The notes under the pieces are model-generated. The model had not been told where the DNA came from. It saw only the letters and a list, made by a program, of their open reading frames with translations, and made no database searches. Positions 36,244 to 46,563 of a DNA stretch of 50,912 nucleotides are shown in pieces. The stretch is from a virus (Duplodnaviria; Caudoviricetes). The stretch is from positions 1-50,912 of the IMG/VR virus record IMGVR_UViG_3300042923_000119, one strand, 5' to 3'. Position 1 is the first letter of the stretch, and each line of letters begins with the position of its first letter. The translations under genes were made by a program, and so were the position numbers.

Positions 36244-36759
36244 ATGGCTTCATATTATGGAACGACAGATGATGCACAAAACCAAAATATTATTACAACA
36301 GCATCAAATATCATTGACGGTACTAATCCAACTTATACATTGTCAGATTTCTACGCTAGTTATCCGGCATTTGCTCCAAGAACAGTAAATACTACAACAA
36401 CATATTTAGTTGATCCTACAATTATACAAATGTATATTGACCTAGCAACAGCTTGCGTAAAACAAGCAAGATACCATAGTTATTGGAAAAACTGCATGGG
36501 TTGGTTTGTAGCTCATTTTATTACATTATATTTGCAATCGACAACTAACGCCAATAGCACAGCCGCGCAAGTTATAGCCGCAGGAAAAGCAAAAGGTCTT
36601 GCTACAAGTAAAAGCGTTGGTGATGTATCGGCTGGATATGACTATAGTTTGATAGGAAATGATTTAGATGGATGGGCGCAATGGAAATTAACGATATTTG
36701 GTACTCAATTTGCTTCAATTAGTAAATTATTAGGTCGTGGTGGAATGTATATATGGTAA
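36244..36759 (+). CDS. head-tail adaptor (DUF4054)
   Basis: F...YP.F, AHF.TL, SKSVGDVS.GYD, W.LT.FG.QF. Confidence 0.88.
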   Translation: MASYYGTTDDAQNQNIITTASNIIDGTNPTYTLSDFYASYPAFAPRTVNTTTTYLVDPTIIQMYIDLATACVKQARYHSYWKNCMGWFVAHFITLYLQSTTNANSTAAQVIAAGKAKGLATSKSVGDVSAGYDYSLIGNDLDGWAQWKLTIFGTQFASISKLLGRGGMYIW

Positions 36760-37319
36760 CGCTTACTTCATCTGGTCAAGGATTAGATAAAATAAAATCA
36801 GATATGGCTAAATTAATGAAAACAGACGTATATGTTGGTATTCCACAAGAAAAATCTTCACGTCAAGGTGATCCAATAACTAATGCTGAATTGGCTTTTA
36901 TACATACAAACGGTGCTAGATCAGTTAGTATGCGTAACGAAATGCAACCTAATTTAAATGGTGGTATGGCATATTCACAAGCACATCAAATGTATGTTCA
37001 GGAACATGGTTCTGAATTATGGCAAGTTCCACCAAGACCAATCATTGAGCCAGTAATCAATAAAAATAAAGATTTAATCGGTAAATATATGAAAGAAGCT
37101 GGACAATTAATATTAAGTGGTGATCCTGAAAGCGGAAAATCAAAACTTGAAGAAATAGGCTTGCGAATAGCGACAAAAGTTAAAGAAAACTTTGTTAGTC
37201 CTGAAAATGGCTGGGCGACCAATGCACCATCGACAATTGCAGCTAAAGGCTCAGATAAACCATTGATTGATACTGGATCGTTAATGAATTCCATAACAAG
37301 TGTGGTGGCTGATAAATGA
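36753..37319 (+). CDS. neck/tail completion protein
   Basis: VGIP, A.IH..G, P.RP, NAPSTI..KGS.KPLIDTG.L.NSIT. Confidence 0.8.
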   Translation: MVTLTSSGQGLDKIKSDMAKLMKTDVYVGIPQEKSSRQGDPITNAELAFIHTNGARSVSMRNEMQPNLNGGMAYSQAHQMYVQEHGSELWQVPPRPIIEPVINKNKDLIGKYMKEAGQLILSGDPESGKSKLEEIGLRIATKVKENFVSPENGWATNAPSTIAAKGSDKPLIDTGSLMNSITSVVADK

Positions 37320-37705
37320 TAAATGTTGAAGAATTAATTTATGATGAAGATTTTGCACAAGAATATACGGTTTATCGTGAAACATGTACATGGTCAGGCG
37401 GTCGTCCTGTTACAACAGAAGCAACACTCAATTATACAGGCGTAGTTACAGCTGCAATGCCAAAAGAACTAATTATATTGCCAGAAGCTGACCGCGTTAG
37501 TGGCATGATGACGTTTTACAGTGGATCAGAATATCCGCTATATGAAACACGGTTATCATCAACCACGAACACGGATTCAGATGGCAATGATGGTACAAGC
37601 GATCAACTAGAATGGCATGGAATGAGATATAAAATTATTAAAGTATGGCCTTATGTGGATTATGGATACTGGAAAGCACTTGCAACACGGATGGAGGGGG
37701 CTTAA
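37316..37705 (+). CDS. head closure/stopper protein
   Basis: L..LPEADR, D.L.W.G..Y, W...YG.W; synteny. Confidence 0.75.
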   Translation: MINVEELIYDEDFAQEYTVYRETCTWSGGRPVTTEATLNYTGVVTAAMPKELIILPEADRVSGMMTFYSGSEYPLYETRLSSTTNTDSDGNDGTSDQLEWHGMRYKIIKVWPYVDYGYWKALATRMEGA

Positions 37706-38257
37706 TTGGCTAATATATTTCTAAAACGAACCGATTTGGAAGATGTGTTTTGGAATGTAACTGAAAAATTAATTGGACTTGACCCAACACTCCAAGCGAA
37801 TGCAAATAAGGTTCGTATTGCATGGCCCACTGGTGGTTCTCCGGCATGGAAAATTAATGATGATGTTACGTTTATTCGAATTGGTGACGCTGACGATCCT
37901 CTTAATATTCCTAGAGATACAACATCTACACCAATTGATAATTTAACAACAACGTTGTCTATGACGTATACAAGAGTATTAACAGTCCATTGGTCGCTAT
38001 ATGGCCCTAATTCATATGATAATGCGTTTCTAATACGAAACAATTTATATAACCAAGCCATCCACGACCAATTAGCTAATAGCAACATATATATTGTAAC
38101 TGAAATTTCTATACCTATTCGTTCGCCTGAACTATTTGCTGATCAGTGGTGGGAACATACTTCCATGCAAGCAACATTTAACGAATATATTAAAATTGAT
38201 AATACGGCTAATTTAATTACAACGCCTGTTATTATAACTAAAACTACAACAATTTAG
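37706..38257 (+). CDS. neck/tail terminator protein
   Basis: YGPNS.D.A motif; precedes the sheath. Confidence 0.7.
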   Translation: MANIFLKRTDLEDVFWNVTEKLIGLDPTLQANANKVRIAWPTGGSPAWKINDDVTFIRIGDADDPLNIPRDTTSTPIDNLTTTLSMTYTRVLTVHWSLYGPNSYDNAFLIRNNLYNQAIHDQLANSNIYIVTEISIPIRSPELFADQWWEHTSMQATFNEYIKIDNTANLITTPVIITKTTTI

Positions 38258-38271
38258 AAAGAGGTGATACC

Positions 38272-39759
38272 TTGTCTACTTTAAGTTTAAATGAAATCGT
38301 CAAAGTAACGATTAACTTATCTCCATTATCAGCTGTTCGAAACGCTTTTAATCTTGGATTAATTATCGGAACATCAACAGTTATTCCAGCTTTAGAAAGA
38401 GTACGAAAATACACAAGTACAACAGATATGATATCAGATGGTTTTTCATTATCAAGCCCTGAATATATCGCAGCAAGCATATTTTTATCACAAAGTTTAG
38501 TACCAACTTATGTATATATAGGTCGTCAAGATTTAACAGCGACTGAAACACCATTACAAGCAGTAGAAGCATGCAGATTAGCAAATTCTGATTGGTACAC
38601 AGTAACATTTGCTAATGTAATTCCAAAAGCAGATATTTTAGCAGTCGCTGGATATCTTGAACCAGCAACACCAGCAAGCGCATATTTTTACACAACTCAT
38701 GATACTGATGCACTTAGCGGAGCGGCTGGCAATGTGTTTACTTCATTAAAAGCTCTTAGCTATAAACGTTCTATTGGACAATATTCTACATACGCAAATA
38801 CTACAGCGGGTTTTGAAACTGGTGCAATTAATGCAGCTATTGATATTCACAGCGGTACAGCTTCAACGTTTAAAATTGCGGTTGATGGTGATGCAACTCC
38901 AAAATCAATCGTATTAACATTAGCAAATTGTACAAGTGGTGTAAATATTGCTACAGAAATGCAATATCAAATTCGTAGTATTGGTGGGGCATACGCAAAC
39001 GTTAGCGTAGTGTTTAACCCAACTACAGTAAACTATATTATTACATCTGGAACGACTGGATCATTATCGACTGTGGTTGTTACGGCAGGAGCTACTAACG
39101 ATGTATCTACAACACTTAAAATTGGTGTAGCAAATGGAGCAACTGATACAACAGGGACTACAACTTATGTACCTTCCGTTGTCGCTATCATGGGTTATGC
39201 GATGGGCGCAAACGATGGTACTGCAAACAGTACATATACATTAGCATACAAACAAGAAGTTGGAGTAACTACCGAAAATCTTACAACTACGCAAGTATCT
39301 ACAATTAAAGGTAATAACGGTAATGTATATATAAATCGTGGTAGTCAATATAACTTATTCGAACAGGGTCATATGGCAAATGGCACTAGTTTTGACGAAT
39401 TAATTAATTTAGATAAATTACAAAACGATATCCAACTTACTGTTATGGATCTATTGTATCAAAACCGCAAGATTGCACAAACAGATGCAGGTGTAAACCA
39501 AATCGTACATGCATTAAATGTTGTATGTGAAAGCAATGTGACGATTGGATTTATTGCACCGGGTATTTGGAATGCAGCAGCAGTCAAAAATTTAGCAACA
39601 GGTGATACTTTGCCAAAAGGCTATTTAATTCAAGCTGACACGGTAGCTAGTCAATCGCAAGCCGATAGAGATGCAAGAAAATCACCAAACATTTATATTG
39701 CTGTAAAACTTGCGGGTGCTATAGAGTATGTGCTTATTACGGTAGATGTAAATCGTTAA
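38272..39759 (+). CDS. contractile tail sheath (DUF3383)
   Basis: IV.V.I, SPEY.AA..F, YK.E.GV, G.MANG..FDE, K..QTDAG, GY, R.ARKSP.I..A.K.AGAI. Confidence 0.9.
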   Translation: MSTLSLNEIVKVTINLSPLSAVRNAFNLGLIIGTSTVIPALERVRKYTSTTDMISDGFSLSSPEYIAASIFLSQSLVPTYVYIGRQDLTATETPLQAVEACRLANSDWYTVTFANVIPKADILAVAGYLEPATPASAYFYTTHDTDALSGAAGNVFTSLKALSYKRSIGQYSTYANTTAGFETGAINAAIDIHSGTASTFKIAVDGDATPKSIVLTLANCTSGVNIATEMQYQIRSIGGAYANVSVVFNPTTVNYIITSGTTGSLSTVVVTAGATNDVSTTLKIGVANGATDTTGTTTYVPSVVAIMGYAMGANDGTANSTYTLAYKQEVGVTTENLTTTQVSTIKGNNGNVYINRGSQYNLFEQGHMANGTSFDELINLDKLQNDIQLTVMDLLYQNRKIAQTDAGVNQIVHALNVVCESNVTIGFIAPGIWNAAAVKNLATGDTLPKGYLIQADTVASQSQADRDARKSPNIYIAVKLAGAIEYVLITVDVNR

Positions 39760-39839
39760 TTAAAAATTTTATAATTATTGCAAAGTAAAGACGTTAAAAT
39801 ACGTTCTTTTTTTATGCAATAAATTAAGGAGGTAAATAA

Positions 39840-40277
39840 ATGGCAAACTCTACTTATTCGTTTAGCGATATTATAGGAACAATGTCTAACCCATCGATAG
39901 GATCATATACGTTCACTGGTCAAGGTATTGGTGAAATGTCAATTACTTATGCAGCAGAACGTACCGTACATGATGTGGCAGCCGATGGGTCAGTTATGGC
40001 TTCAAAAATAGCTAATAACACAGGTACATGTACAATCCAAGTACAACAAACATCTGATTTACAGAAATATTTGATTGATTGGTTTAATTATTTAATATCA
40101 GCTAGTACTGCTGAATGGGTAAATACATCAATTACGATTCGCTCATTAACGATGAATCGAACTCATATTTTAACAGGTGTTTCCCCTCAAAAAATTGGCG
40201 ATCAACCATACCAGGCGCAAGGACAAAGATGCACATGGGTGCTTATGGCATGCTCAGTTGATACGTTATCATCATAA
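39840..40277 (+). CDS. tail tube protein (DUF3277-like)
   Basis: TYSF.D, G.G.G.., T.HDVAADG, QQTS, W; follows the sheath. Confidence 0.85.
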   Translation: MANSTYSFSDIIGTMSNPSIGSYTFTGQGIGEMSITYAAERTVHDVAADGSVMASKIANNTGTCTIQVQQTSDLQKYLIDWFNYLISASTAEWVNTSITIRSLTMNRTHILTGVSPQKIGDQPYQAQGQRCTWVLMACSVDTLSS

Positions 40278-40326
40278 TTTAAAGGTGGCTTATGCTGCCT
40301 TTATTTTAATATAAGGAGAATACAAA

Positions 40327-40788
40327 ATGATTCGTGAAGAATGTAAAGAATTAACACTTTCTGATAGAAAATTTTTAATTGAAAAATTTGACGCAATGAC
40401 AGCTCTATATATAGCTTATCAAATTATGAGTCAAATGCTACCGGGTGGGCTTGATAAACAAGTTTCTGGGATGTTACCAAGTGGCACGCAGGACAGTAGA
40501 AAAATGATGACAGAAGAAGAATTTAAATCATTAATGAAAAAATGTCTTAGTGTTTGCTATGAAGATTTACCAGCAGGGCCAGCGCAAGTAATTCGTGCTA
40601 ATGGTGGCTGGGGTGTTATGAATATTGAAAAAAATCTAAGCATTGTTTTACCTTTAGTAATTAATGCAATTATGTTTAATGTACAAGGTTTTTTCGAAGG
40701 AGGGGCATTGACGGAATTGAAAACGAGCCTTGCGGATATCAACCTGCCCGGTGTGTCAATGTCAACGAATTCCTCTACGCCCCTGTAA
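40327..40788 (+). CDS. tail assembly chaperone (G)
   Basis: Between tube and TMP; ends FNVQGFF at a slippery site. Confidence 0.8.
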   Translation: MIREECKELTLSDRKFLIEKFDAMTALYIAYQIMSQMLPGGLDKQVSGMLPSGTQDSRKMMTEEEFKSLMKKCLSVCYEDLPAGPAQVIRANGGWGVMNIEKNLSIVLPLVINAIMFNVQGFFEGGALTELKTSLADINLPGVSMSTNSSTPL

Positions 40789-40925
40789 TGTCTAAGGATT
40801 GGTCACAGCACGAAGTCTGGGATAGAACATATAGCTTAGATGATTTGTTAGATTGGCATGAAATGGCGACAGTTAAAGCGGAAAATCAAAAACGCTTTAA
40901 TGCAAGTCAGCAACAGGGGGTGTAA
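40689..40925 (+). CDS. -1 frameshift extension of the tail chaperone (GT product)
   Basis: Slippery T TTT TTC (40689-95); the -1 frame is open to TAA 40925 and encodes ...EFLYAPV...EVWDRTYSLDDLLDWHE... Confidence 0.8.
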   Translation, partial: FFRRRGIDGIENEPCGYQPARCVNVNEFLYAPVMSKDWSQHEVWDRTYSLDDLLDWHEMATVKAENQKRFNASQQQGV

Positions 40926-40928
40926 TAA

Positions 40929-41486
40929 TTGAGTTTTACCTCCATCTTAGGTGGACTATATTCCACTTTAAAAACAGCTGGATTGATTGGTAATAATCCA
41001 ACCGTATATAGTTTTTCTAATATAACAGCTTCAATTTCACATCCGAGCACTGGTGCAATATCTACTAATAATAATGGTATAGGTTCTCTTGGCATATCAA
41101 TGCTTACTGAACGAACTACACACGATATATCAGCAGATGGCGGTATATTTATTTTAAAAGTAGATGGAAACAACGGAATAGTTAATCTGCAAGTACAGCA
41201 AACATCTGAATTACATAGATGGCTGTTACAACTTGCAGGTTTTTTAATGACACCAACTATTGATCATAGTACTTGGGCTGAAATTAATATGTCAATTCAA
41301 GATAATAATATGACTACTTTATACAACTGCACTGGTGGTAGTTTATTAAAAATACCTGATTTAACATTTTCGGCACAAGGGCAATCCGTAACATGGATTA
41401 TTTATTTTGCTGATATTACCCTAACAACAACATCTGCATCAACAGATTTATCAAATATCCAAGGAGTTATACGCTCTATCTTATAG
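40929..41486 (+). CDS. second tail tube-like protein
   Basis: YSFS.I...S.PS.G.., GIG.., ERT.HD..ADG, G....QVQQTS.L, .AQGQ..TW aligns to 39840-40277. Confidence 0.8.
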   Translation: MSFTSILGGLYSTLKTAGLIGNNPTVYSFSNITASISHPSTGAISTNNNGIGSLGISMLTERTTHDISADGGIFILKVDGNNGIVNLQVQQTSELHRWLLQLAGFLMTPTIDHSTWAEINMSIQDNNMTTLYNCTGGSLLKIPDLTFSAQGQSVTWIIYFADITLTTTSASTDLSNIQGVIRSIL

Positions 41487-41500
41487 GAAGGAGGTAAATT

Positions 41501-43582
41501 ATGTTAGATGTCATAAAAAGTTATTTAGTATCATTAGGATTTTCGGTTAATGACGCTGAATTTAATAAAGCTACTCAATCAATGAATGATTTAAATAAAA
41601 CTATAACATCCGTAACGGCAGGAATGGCGAAACAATTTGCAGTTGCAGGAACGGAAGTTGTTGGAGTTTTAGCAACAATAACAGGAGCTACAGGAGCACT
41701 CATAAAAGAGACTGCTGAACTTGATATGCAGTATCAGAAATTTGCACTTCGCATGTGGATGGCGAAAGACTCTGCTAAAGATTTACAAGTTACATTAAAG
41801 GCTATGGGTGAATCTGTAGAAGACGTTGCATGGATCCCAGAACTTAGACAACAGTATTTCCAACTGATAAATCAGGGAAATGAAATGAAAACCCCTGGTG
41901 ATGCCGGAGAACAGCTTAAATATATTAGAAGTATATTGTTTGAGTTTACGCGACTAAAATTAGAAGTTAGTTATGCAGCCGAATGGATTAGTTATTATTT
42001 AATTAAATATTTGTCAGGGCCACTTGCTAAAATAAAAGAATCTATGCAAGGACTCAATGGTTGGATTGTGCAAAAAATGCCAGAATGGACAAATAAAGTC
42101 GCAAAAGTATTATCAATGATTGTCACTTTATTTATTAACGTCGGAAGATTTATTTACGATGCATTTATGAGCGTAGAAAGGTTCTTTATGGCATTCCCAA
42201 AAGGGTTACGACTTGCATTAGGAGCAATTGCAGCATTAACACTAGCATTTAAAATGAATCCAATATTATTAGCTTTAACAACAGCTATATTGCTGATTGA
42301 CGATTTTTATGCCTATCTTGATGGTCGCAAAAGTTTAAAAATGTTACAACCAGTTTGGGCTAAAATTATAGAATGGTCAAAAGATTTTAATAAATTAATT
42401 ATTGATAATAAAGAAAATTTAAGTGATTTATGGAATGAATTTTTAAAATCAGCAACTTATAAAAATATGATTGATGCGCTTAAGAATTCATTTGAAGCTT
42501 TAAAAGAAGGATTATTAGCACTAAAAGAAATTTTTGACGAATTTATGATTGATTTAGGGAAAAGCATAGAGAAAAAAGGCTTAATACCTGAATTTAAAAT
42601 GTTTATGCAAACAACATCTCAAGCCGTTGATGATGTTGCTGAATCAATAAAAAAATTAATGATACAATTACATCTTTTATCGAACGATACTCAAACTAAA
42701 AGTTTTATGCAATGGTTTTCAGATGAGATTGCTAAAATAGCTAAAAATACAATGATTTTAGGCGAAGTTTTAAGTCATGTATTTTCTGCCGTAGCGAAAG
42801 CTGCCGTTGGCGATGTTAAAGGCGCAACTAAAGAAATGACTCAAGCAATGGTAGGAGTAGTTAGATACACTGGTGAAAATAAAGATTCTATGTTTTTGAT
42901 TAATACCGATAATGGCGGAATAACAAACGATGCTGCCGGGCGTGATTTACTTCGAAGAAAAATTGCTCAACAAGAATCGCATGGTGATCCACAAGCATTA
43001 AGTTATGATGAAGCTCATTTCGGCAAATATCAATTTGGACAAAGTACATGGGATAGTGCCGCTAGTGATGCTAATAGACCAGACTTAGTGGGAATTGACC
43101 CAAGAAACGTAAGTGAATCCGATCAAGATTTAGTTGCTCAAACATATATAAATGAATTAATGGATAAGTTTGGCGGTGATGCTGCACGAGTTGCAGGATC
43201 TTGGTATGCCGGTGAAGGTTCTGGGGAATGGTCAGAAGCAGCTAGAAATAGAAAGCAAGTAAGTGACAATGGTTTAGTCGGTCCTAGTGTAAATGAATAT
43301 GCAATGGGCGTTCTTAAACAGCAACCAACTATGATGTCATATACAGGCATGGCACAAAATGGCATGAGCACTCTAGCTGGTTCATATGCCCAACCAATGC
43401 AAAATATATATAATACTTCTGCTGGCGAAGGTAATGTAATAATTGAAAGCATTAACTTATCATTTGGCGGAACAAATGCTACAGTCGCAGAAATTCAACA
43501 GGCAACAATTGCAGGTGTCCAACAAGCAACTGGTAAACAAGTAGCACGTCAAACACGTGACATGCAAGGGGTGTTTGCATGA
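41501..43582 (+). CDS. tape measure protein with C-terminal lytic transglycosylase-like domain
   Basis: IKSYLVSLGF start, helical core, QESHGD...GKYQF..STW...Q...A...WYAG. Confidence 0.85.
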   Translation: MLDVIKSYLVSLGFSVNDAEFNKATQSMNDLNKTITSVTAGMAKQFAVAGTEVVGVLATITGATGALIKETAELDMQYQKFALRMWMAKDSAKDLQVTLKAMGESVEDVAWIPELRQQYFQLINQGNEMKTPGDAGEQLKYIRSILFEFTRLKLEVSYAAEWISYYLIKYLSGPLAKIKESMQGLNGWIVQKMPEWTNKVAKVLSMIVTLFINVGRFIYDAFMSVERFFMAFPKGLRLALGAIAALTLAFKMNPILLALTTAILLIDDFYAYLDGRKSLKMLQPVWAKIIEWSKDFNKLIIDNKENLSDLWNEFLKSATYKNMIDALKNSFEALKEGLLALKEIFDEFMIDLGKSIEKKGLIPEFKMFMQTTSQAVDDVAESIKKLMIQLHLLSNDTQTKSFMQWFSDEIAKIAKNTMILGEVLSHVFSAVAKAAVGDVKGATKEMTQAMVGVVRYTGENKDSMFLINTDNGGITNDAAGRDLLRRKIAQQESHGDPQALSYDEAHFGKYQFGQSTWDSAASDANRPDLVGIDPRNVSESDQDLVAQTYINELMDKFGGDAARVAGSWYAGEGSGEWSEAARNRKQVSDNGLVGPSVNEYAMGVLKQQPTMMSYTGMAQNGMSTLAGSYAQPMQNIYNTSAGEGNVIIESINLSFGGTNATVAEIQQATIAGVQQATGKQVARQTRDMQGVFA

Positions 43583-44241
43583 ATTTAGCTAATGTATGGA
43601 CGTTATACAATAACATTCGCAGTATTACATCATCTACTAGTCTAGTTGCAGGCGCAACACAACCTTGGACACCTACACAATGGGCGCAATTATCATCTAA
43701 AGACCTTGTCTATTTAAAAACCAACAAATCTAATATTGGCGGTTTATTTTTTGATGCGGTTTTTCACGAAGAAACAGTCAATAGTATTAAAATTACAGAT
43801 CATCCAGTCCAAAACGGTAGCAATATTGTTGACCATTCATATGTACAACCAACTACATTAACAATGGATATTGGTGTTTCTGATTCTATGGGTAGTATCC
43901 TTGATGGACAATTTGCAGGAAGTTATACTAAGTCTGTTTCAGCTTATCAGATGTTACTTGCTTTACAACAATCACGAATACCTATCGAAGTTCATACACG
44001 ATTAAATCATTATTATAATATGCTAATTGAGCAAATTACTGCACCTGATGATTATAAGACTTTGCATGGATTAAAATGCTCTGTACAGATGAAAGAAATT
44101 TTTGTAGTTGAAGTTAGTACAACAACCGTTTCAGCAAGAGCACAGACTAGTGGCGGCTCGTCAGGTGGTACAGCTCAACCAGTACAAGCAACTGGTTCTA
44201 TATTGGCAGAAGCAAGCGAAGCGGCAACGGGGAGTAATTAA
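43579..44241 (+). CDS. baseplate/tube initiator protein
   Basis: FDAV..E......ITDHPVQ.G..I.DH....P, T.L..Y.NMLI. Confidence 0.8.
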   Translation: MNLANVWTLYNNIRSITSSTSLVAGATQPWTPTQWAQLSSKDLVYLKTNKSNIGGLFFDAVFHEETVNSIKITDHPVQNGSNIVDHSYVQPTTLTMDIGVSDSMGSILDGQFAGSYTKSVSAYQMLLALQQSRIPIEVHTRLNHYYNMLIEQITAPDDYKTLHGLKCSVQMKEIFVVEVSTTTVSARAQTSGGSSGGTAQPVQATGSILAEASEAATGSN

Positions 44242-44243
44242 TT

Positions 44244-44573
44244 ATGTATCAAATTATACCATTAACAAACGATCCAAACAAAACAATACAGACAACAGTC
44301 GAAGTTAATAATGCAAATATTACATTAAAATTATTCTTTCATTATAATGAAATGGCGAATTATTGGTGTATGAGTATAACGAATTCAAACAATACATTGT
44401 TAATTGATTCATTGCCACTTGTAACTGGTGTTTATCCATCTGCAAACATTTTAGGGCAATATAGTTACCTTGGCATTGGTAGCGCATATCTGATAAAAAT
44501 AACTCAAAGCACTCTTGATTATCCAGACGATAACACTTTAGGAACTACTTTTCAATTAGTGTGGTCGTCATGA
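44244..44573 (+). CDS. baseplate plug-like protein
   Basis: IPL, YN....W.M.I, PLV.G..N.L.QY, LG....L. Confidence 0.75.
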   Translation: MYQIIPLTNDPNKTIQTTVEVNNANITLKLFFHYNEMANYWCMSITNSNNTLLIDSLPLVTGVYPSANILGQYSYLGIGSAYLIKITQSTLDYPDDNTLGTTFQLVWSS

Positions 44574-45505
44574 GCAATTTTCTATATGGACGTAAATATC
44601 AAATATTAGTTGCTAAATCAGATGGTACTGCTTTAGATGTTTCCAATTTAAGATGCACATTTAGAATTGAAAAAACATATCATTCAGTTGCAAATTATTC
44701 CGAAATAACTATTTATAATCTATCAGCAGAAACCGAAGGAACAATTATCAATGAATACAATCGTGTAATCGTAAATGCAGGATATCGAGGTACTGATGCA
44801 AATGATAATCCAAAACAATATGGGAAAATATTTGATGGAAATATAATTCAAGTTCTAAGAGATAAGGACGATAATAATGTTGATTACAGATTAACGTTAC
44901 ATTGTGGTGATGGCGATAATTTTCTTAATAGCAATTTTATAAAAATGACAATGAATGCAGGAGCTACACATAGACAAGCAATTGAAAACATTGCAACTGT
45001 AGCAACTGTACCAACTAATATTGCTAAAATTACACCGGATTTAAATCCTATATCTCTTCCACGTGGCAAGGTATTTTTTGGAGCACCTAAGAAATATTTA
45101 CGTGAAATAGCATCTGATAACAACGCAAGTTTCTGGGTTGATAATGGTGAAATTCACGTTGAAAAAACTACAGATACAGCAGGTGAAGCTGTTGTAGTTA
45201 CTCCAACAACAGGCCTAATTGGCACTCCTCAAATGGTGCAAGATGGTATAACAATTAAGATGTTGTTAAATGCAAATATAGGCTTAATGAGTATGATTAA
45301 ACTTGATAATTCAAATATTCGTCAAATGAAACAACAGATAGGTCAAGTGCCTGTTATGTTAGATCAAGACGGACAATATCAAGCCTATAAAATCGTGCAT
45401 GAAGGTGATACTAGAGGTCAAAACTGGTACACAGAAATAACAGGTGTTTCAAGATATGGGAAAATACCAATTATGCTTGCGGCAGGTAATCAAAATGCAC
45501 ATTAA
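44570..45505 (+). CDS. baseplate hub protein
   Basis: I.IYNLS..T, AGY, IFDG.I, PRGKV.FG, GLIG.P, H.GDTRG..WY. Confidence 0.85.
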   Translation: MSNFLYGRKYQILVAKSDGTALDVSNLRCTFRIEKTYHSVANYSEITIYNLSAETEGTIINEYNRVIVNAGYRGTDANDNPKQYGKIFDGNIIQVLRDKDDNNVDYRLTLHCGDGDNFLNSNFIKMTMNAGATHRQAIENIATVATVPTNIAKITPDLNPISLPRGKVFFGAPKKYLREIASDNNASFWVDNGEIHVEKTTDTAGEAVVVTPTTGLIGTPQMVQDGITIKMLLNANIGLMSMIKLDNSNIRQMKQQIGQVPVMLDQDGQYQAYKIVHEGDTRGQNWYTEITGVSRYGKIPIMLAAGNQNAH

Positions 45506-45517
45506 GAAGGTGTTTGA

Positions 45518-46120
45518 ATGCTAACAATAGCACAGCGATTAGAGAATGAAAATGAAATGCAACGGCTATCTATTGAGGATTATTTAAAAAATCTTCGTGT
45601 TGCATGTCCTGGAATTATACAAAGTTATGATGAATCAGCGCAAACAGTTACAGTGTTACCAGCAATTAAAGATAAAATAAAAATCAATGGCAATGTTTCA
45701 GACGAAGCATTGCCGTTATTAGTTGATGTACCTGTTTACTTTCCTTCTGGTGGTGGTTATTCGTTAACATTTCCGATTGTTGCAGGTGATGAATGCTTGG
45801 TAGTATTTGCTGATTCGTGCATTGATGCATGGTGGCAATCCAGCGGTGTTCAAAACCAACTTGATAAGAGAAGACATGACTTGTCAGATGGATTTGCATT
45901 TGTAGGCTTTAAAAGTAAACCTAACGCAGTACCAGCAGGGGCAGGAACAACTTTACAAGGATCATCTGGAAGTATAAATTTCAACGGTGGAACAATCACA
46001 ATAACGGATGCAAATGTAATTATAAATTCAAGTAATGTAACAATAGCTGGTAAAGATTTTTTGTCACATACACATGGTGGAGTACAGCCGGGCGGCGGTA
46101 ATACTGGTGGCGTATCATGA
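45518..46120 (+). CDS. baseplate puncturing spike (Gp138-like)
   Basis: L.DVPV.FP.GGG..LTFP...GDECLVVF.D.CID.WW, R.HDLSD; C-terminal HTH metal-binding tip. Confidence 0.9.
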   Translation: MLTIAQRLENENEMQRLSIEDYLKNLRVACPGIIQSYDESAQTVTVLPAIKDKIKINGNVSDEALPLLVDVPVYFPSGGGYSLTFPIVAGDECLVVFADSCIDAWWQSSGVQNQLDKRRHDLSDGFAFVGFKSKPNAVPAGAGTTLQGSSGSINFNGGTITITDANVIINSSNVTIAGKDFLSHTHGGVQPGGGNTGGVS

Positions 46121-46497
46121 GTATGAAATATAGAATGCTATCACCCACAACAAATGGAGCAGGTTCAGGAGATTATAGTTTTGGTAATGGATTAAGTAAT
46201 TTTGTTACAGAAGTAAACGCAGTAGCACAAGCCGTATATACTCGTTTATATCTACTCTACGGTGAATGGTGGGAAAATGCAGAGGATGGTTTACCGTTTT
46301 GGCAAAAAATTATTGGTGTGTCTGGTAAACCACAAAATATTGCAGCAATTGATTTGATTTTTCAAACTAGAATATCAGAAACAAAAGGCGTTAAAAGCAT
46401 TGTGAATTATAGTAGTACATGGGATTCTCAAACAAGAAAATATAGTTTTACATGCACTATTGACACAGATTACGGAACTACTACATTAACAATTTAA
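46117..46497 (+). CDS. baseplate wedge/sheath initiator (gp25-like)
   Basis: AVAQAV.TRL.L..GEW....G.P, I..T.GV, DT.YG. Confidence 0.8.
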   Translation: MSMKYRMLSPTTNGAGSGDYSFGNGLSNFVTEVNAVAQAVYTRLYLLYGEWWENAEDGLPFWQKIIGVSGKPQNIAAIDLIFQTRISETKGVKSIVNYSSTWDSQTRKYSFTCTIDTDYGTTTLTI

Positions 46498-46563
46498 TTT
46501 ATAACATTTTTAAAACTGATCAATTAGATCAGTTTATTTTTATGCCCTAAGGAGGTGTAAATT

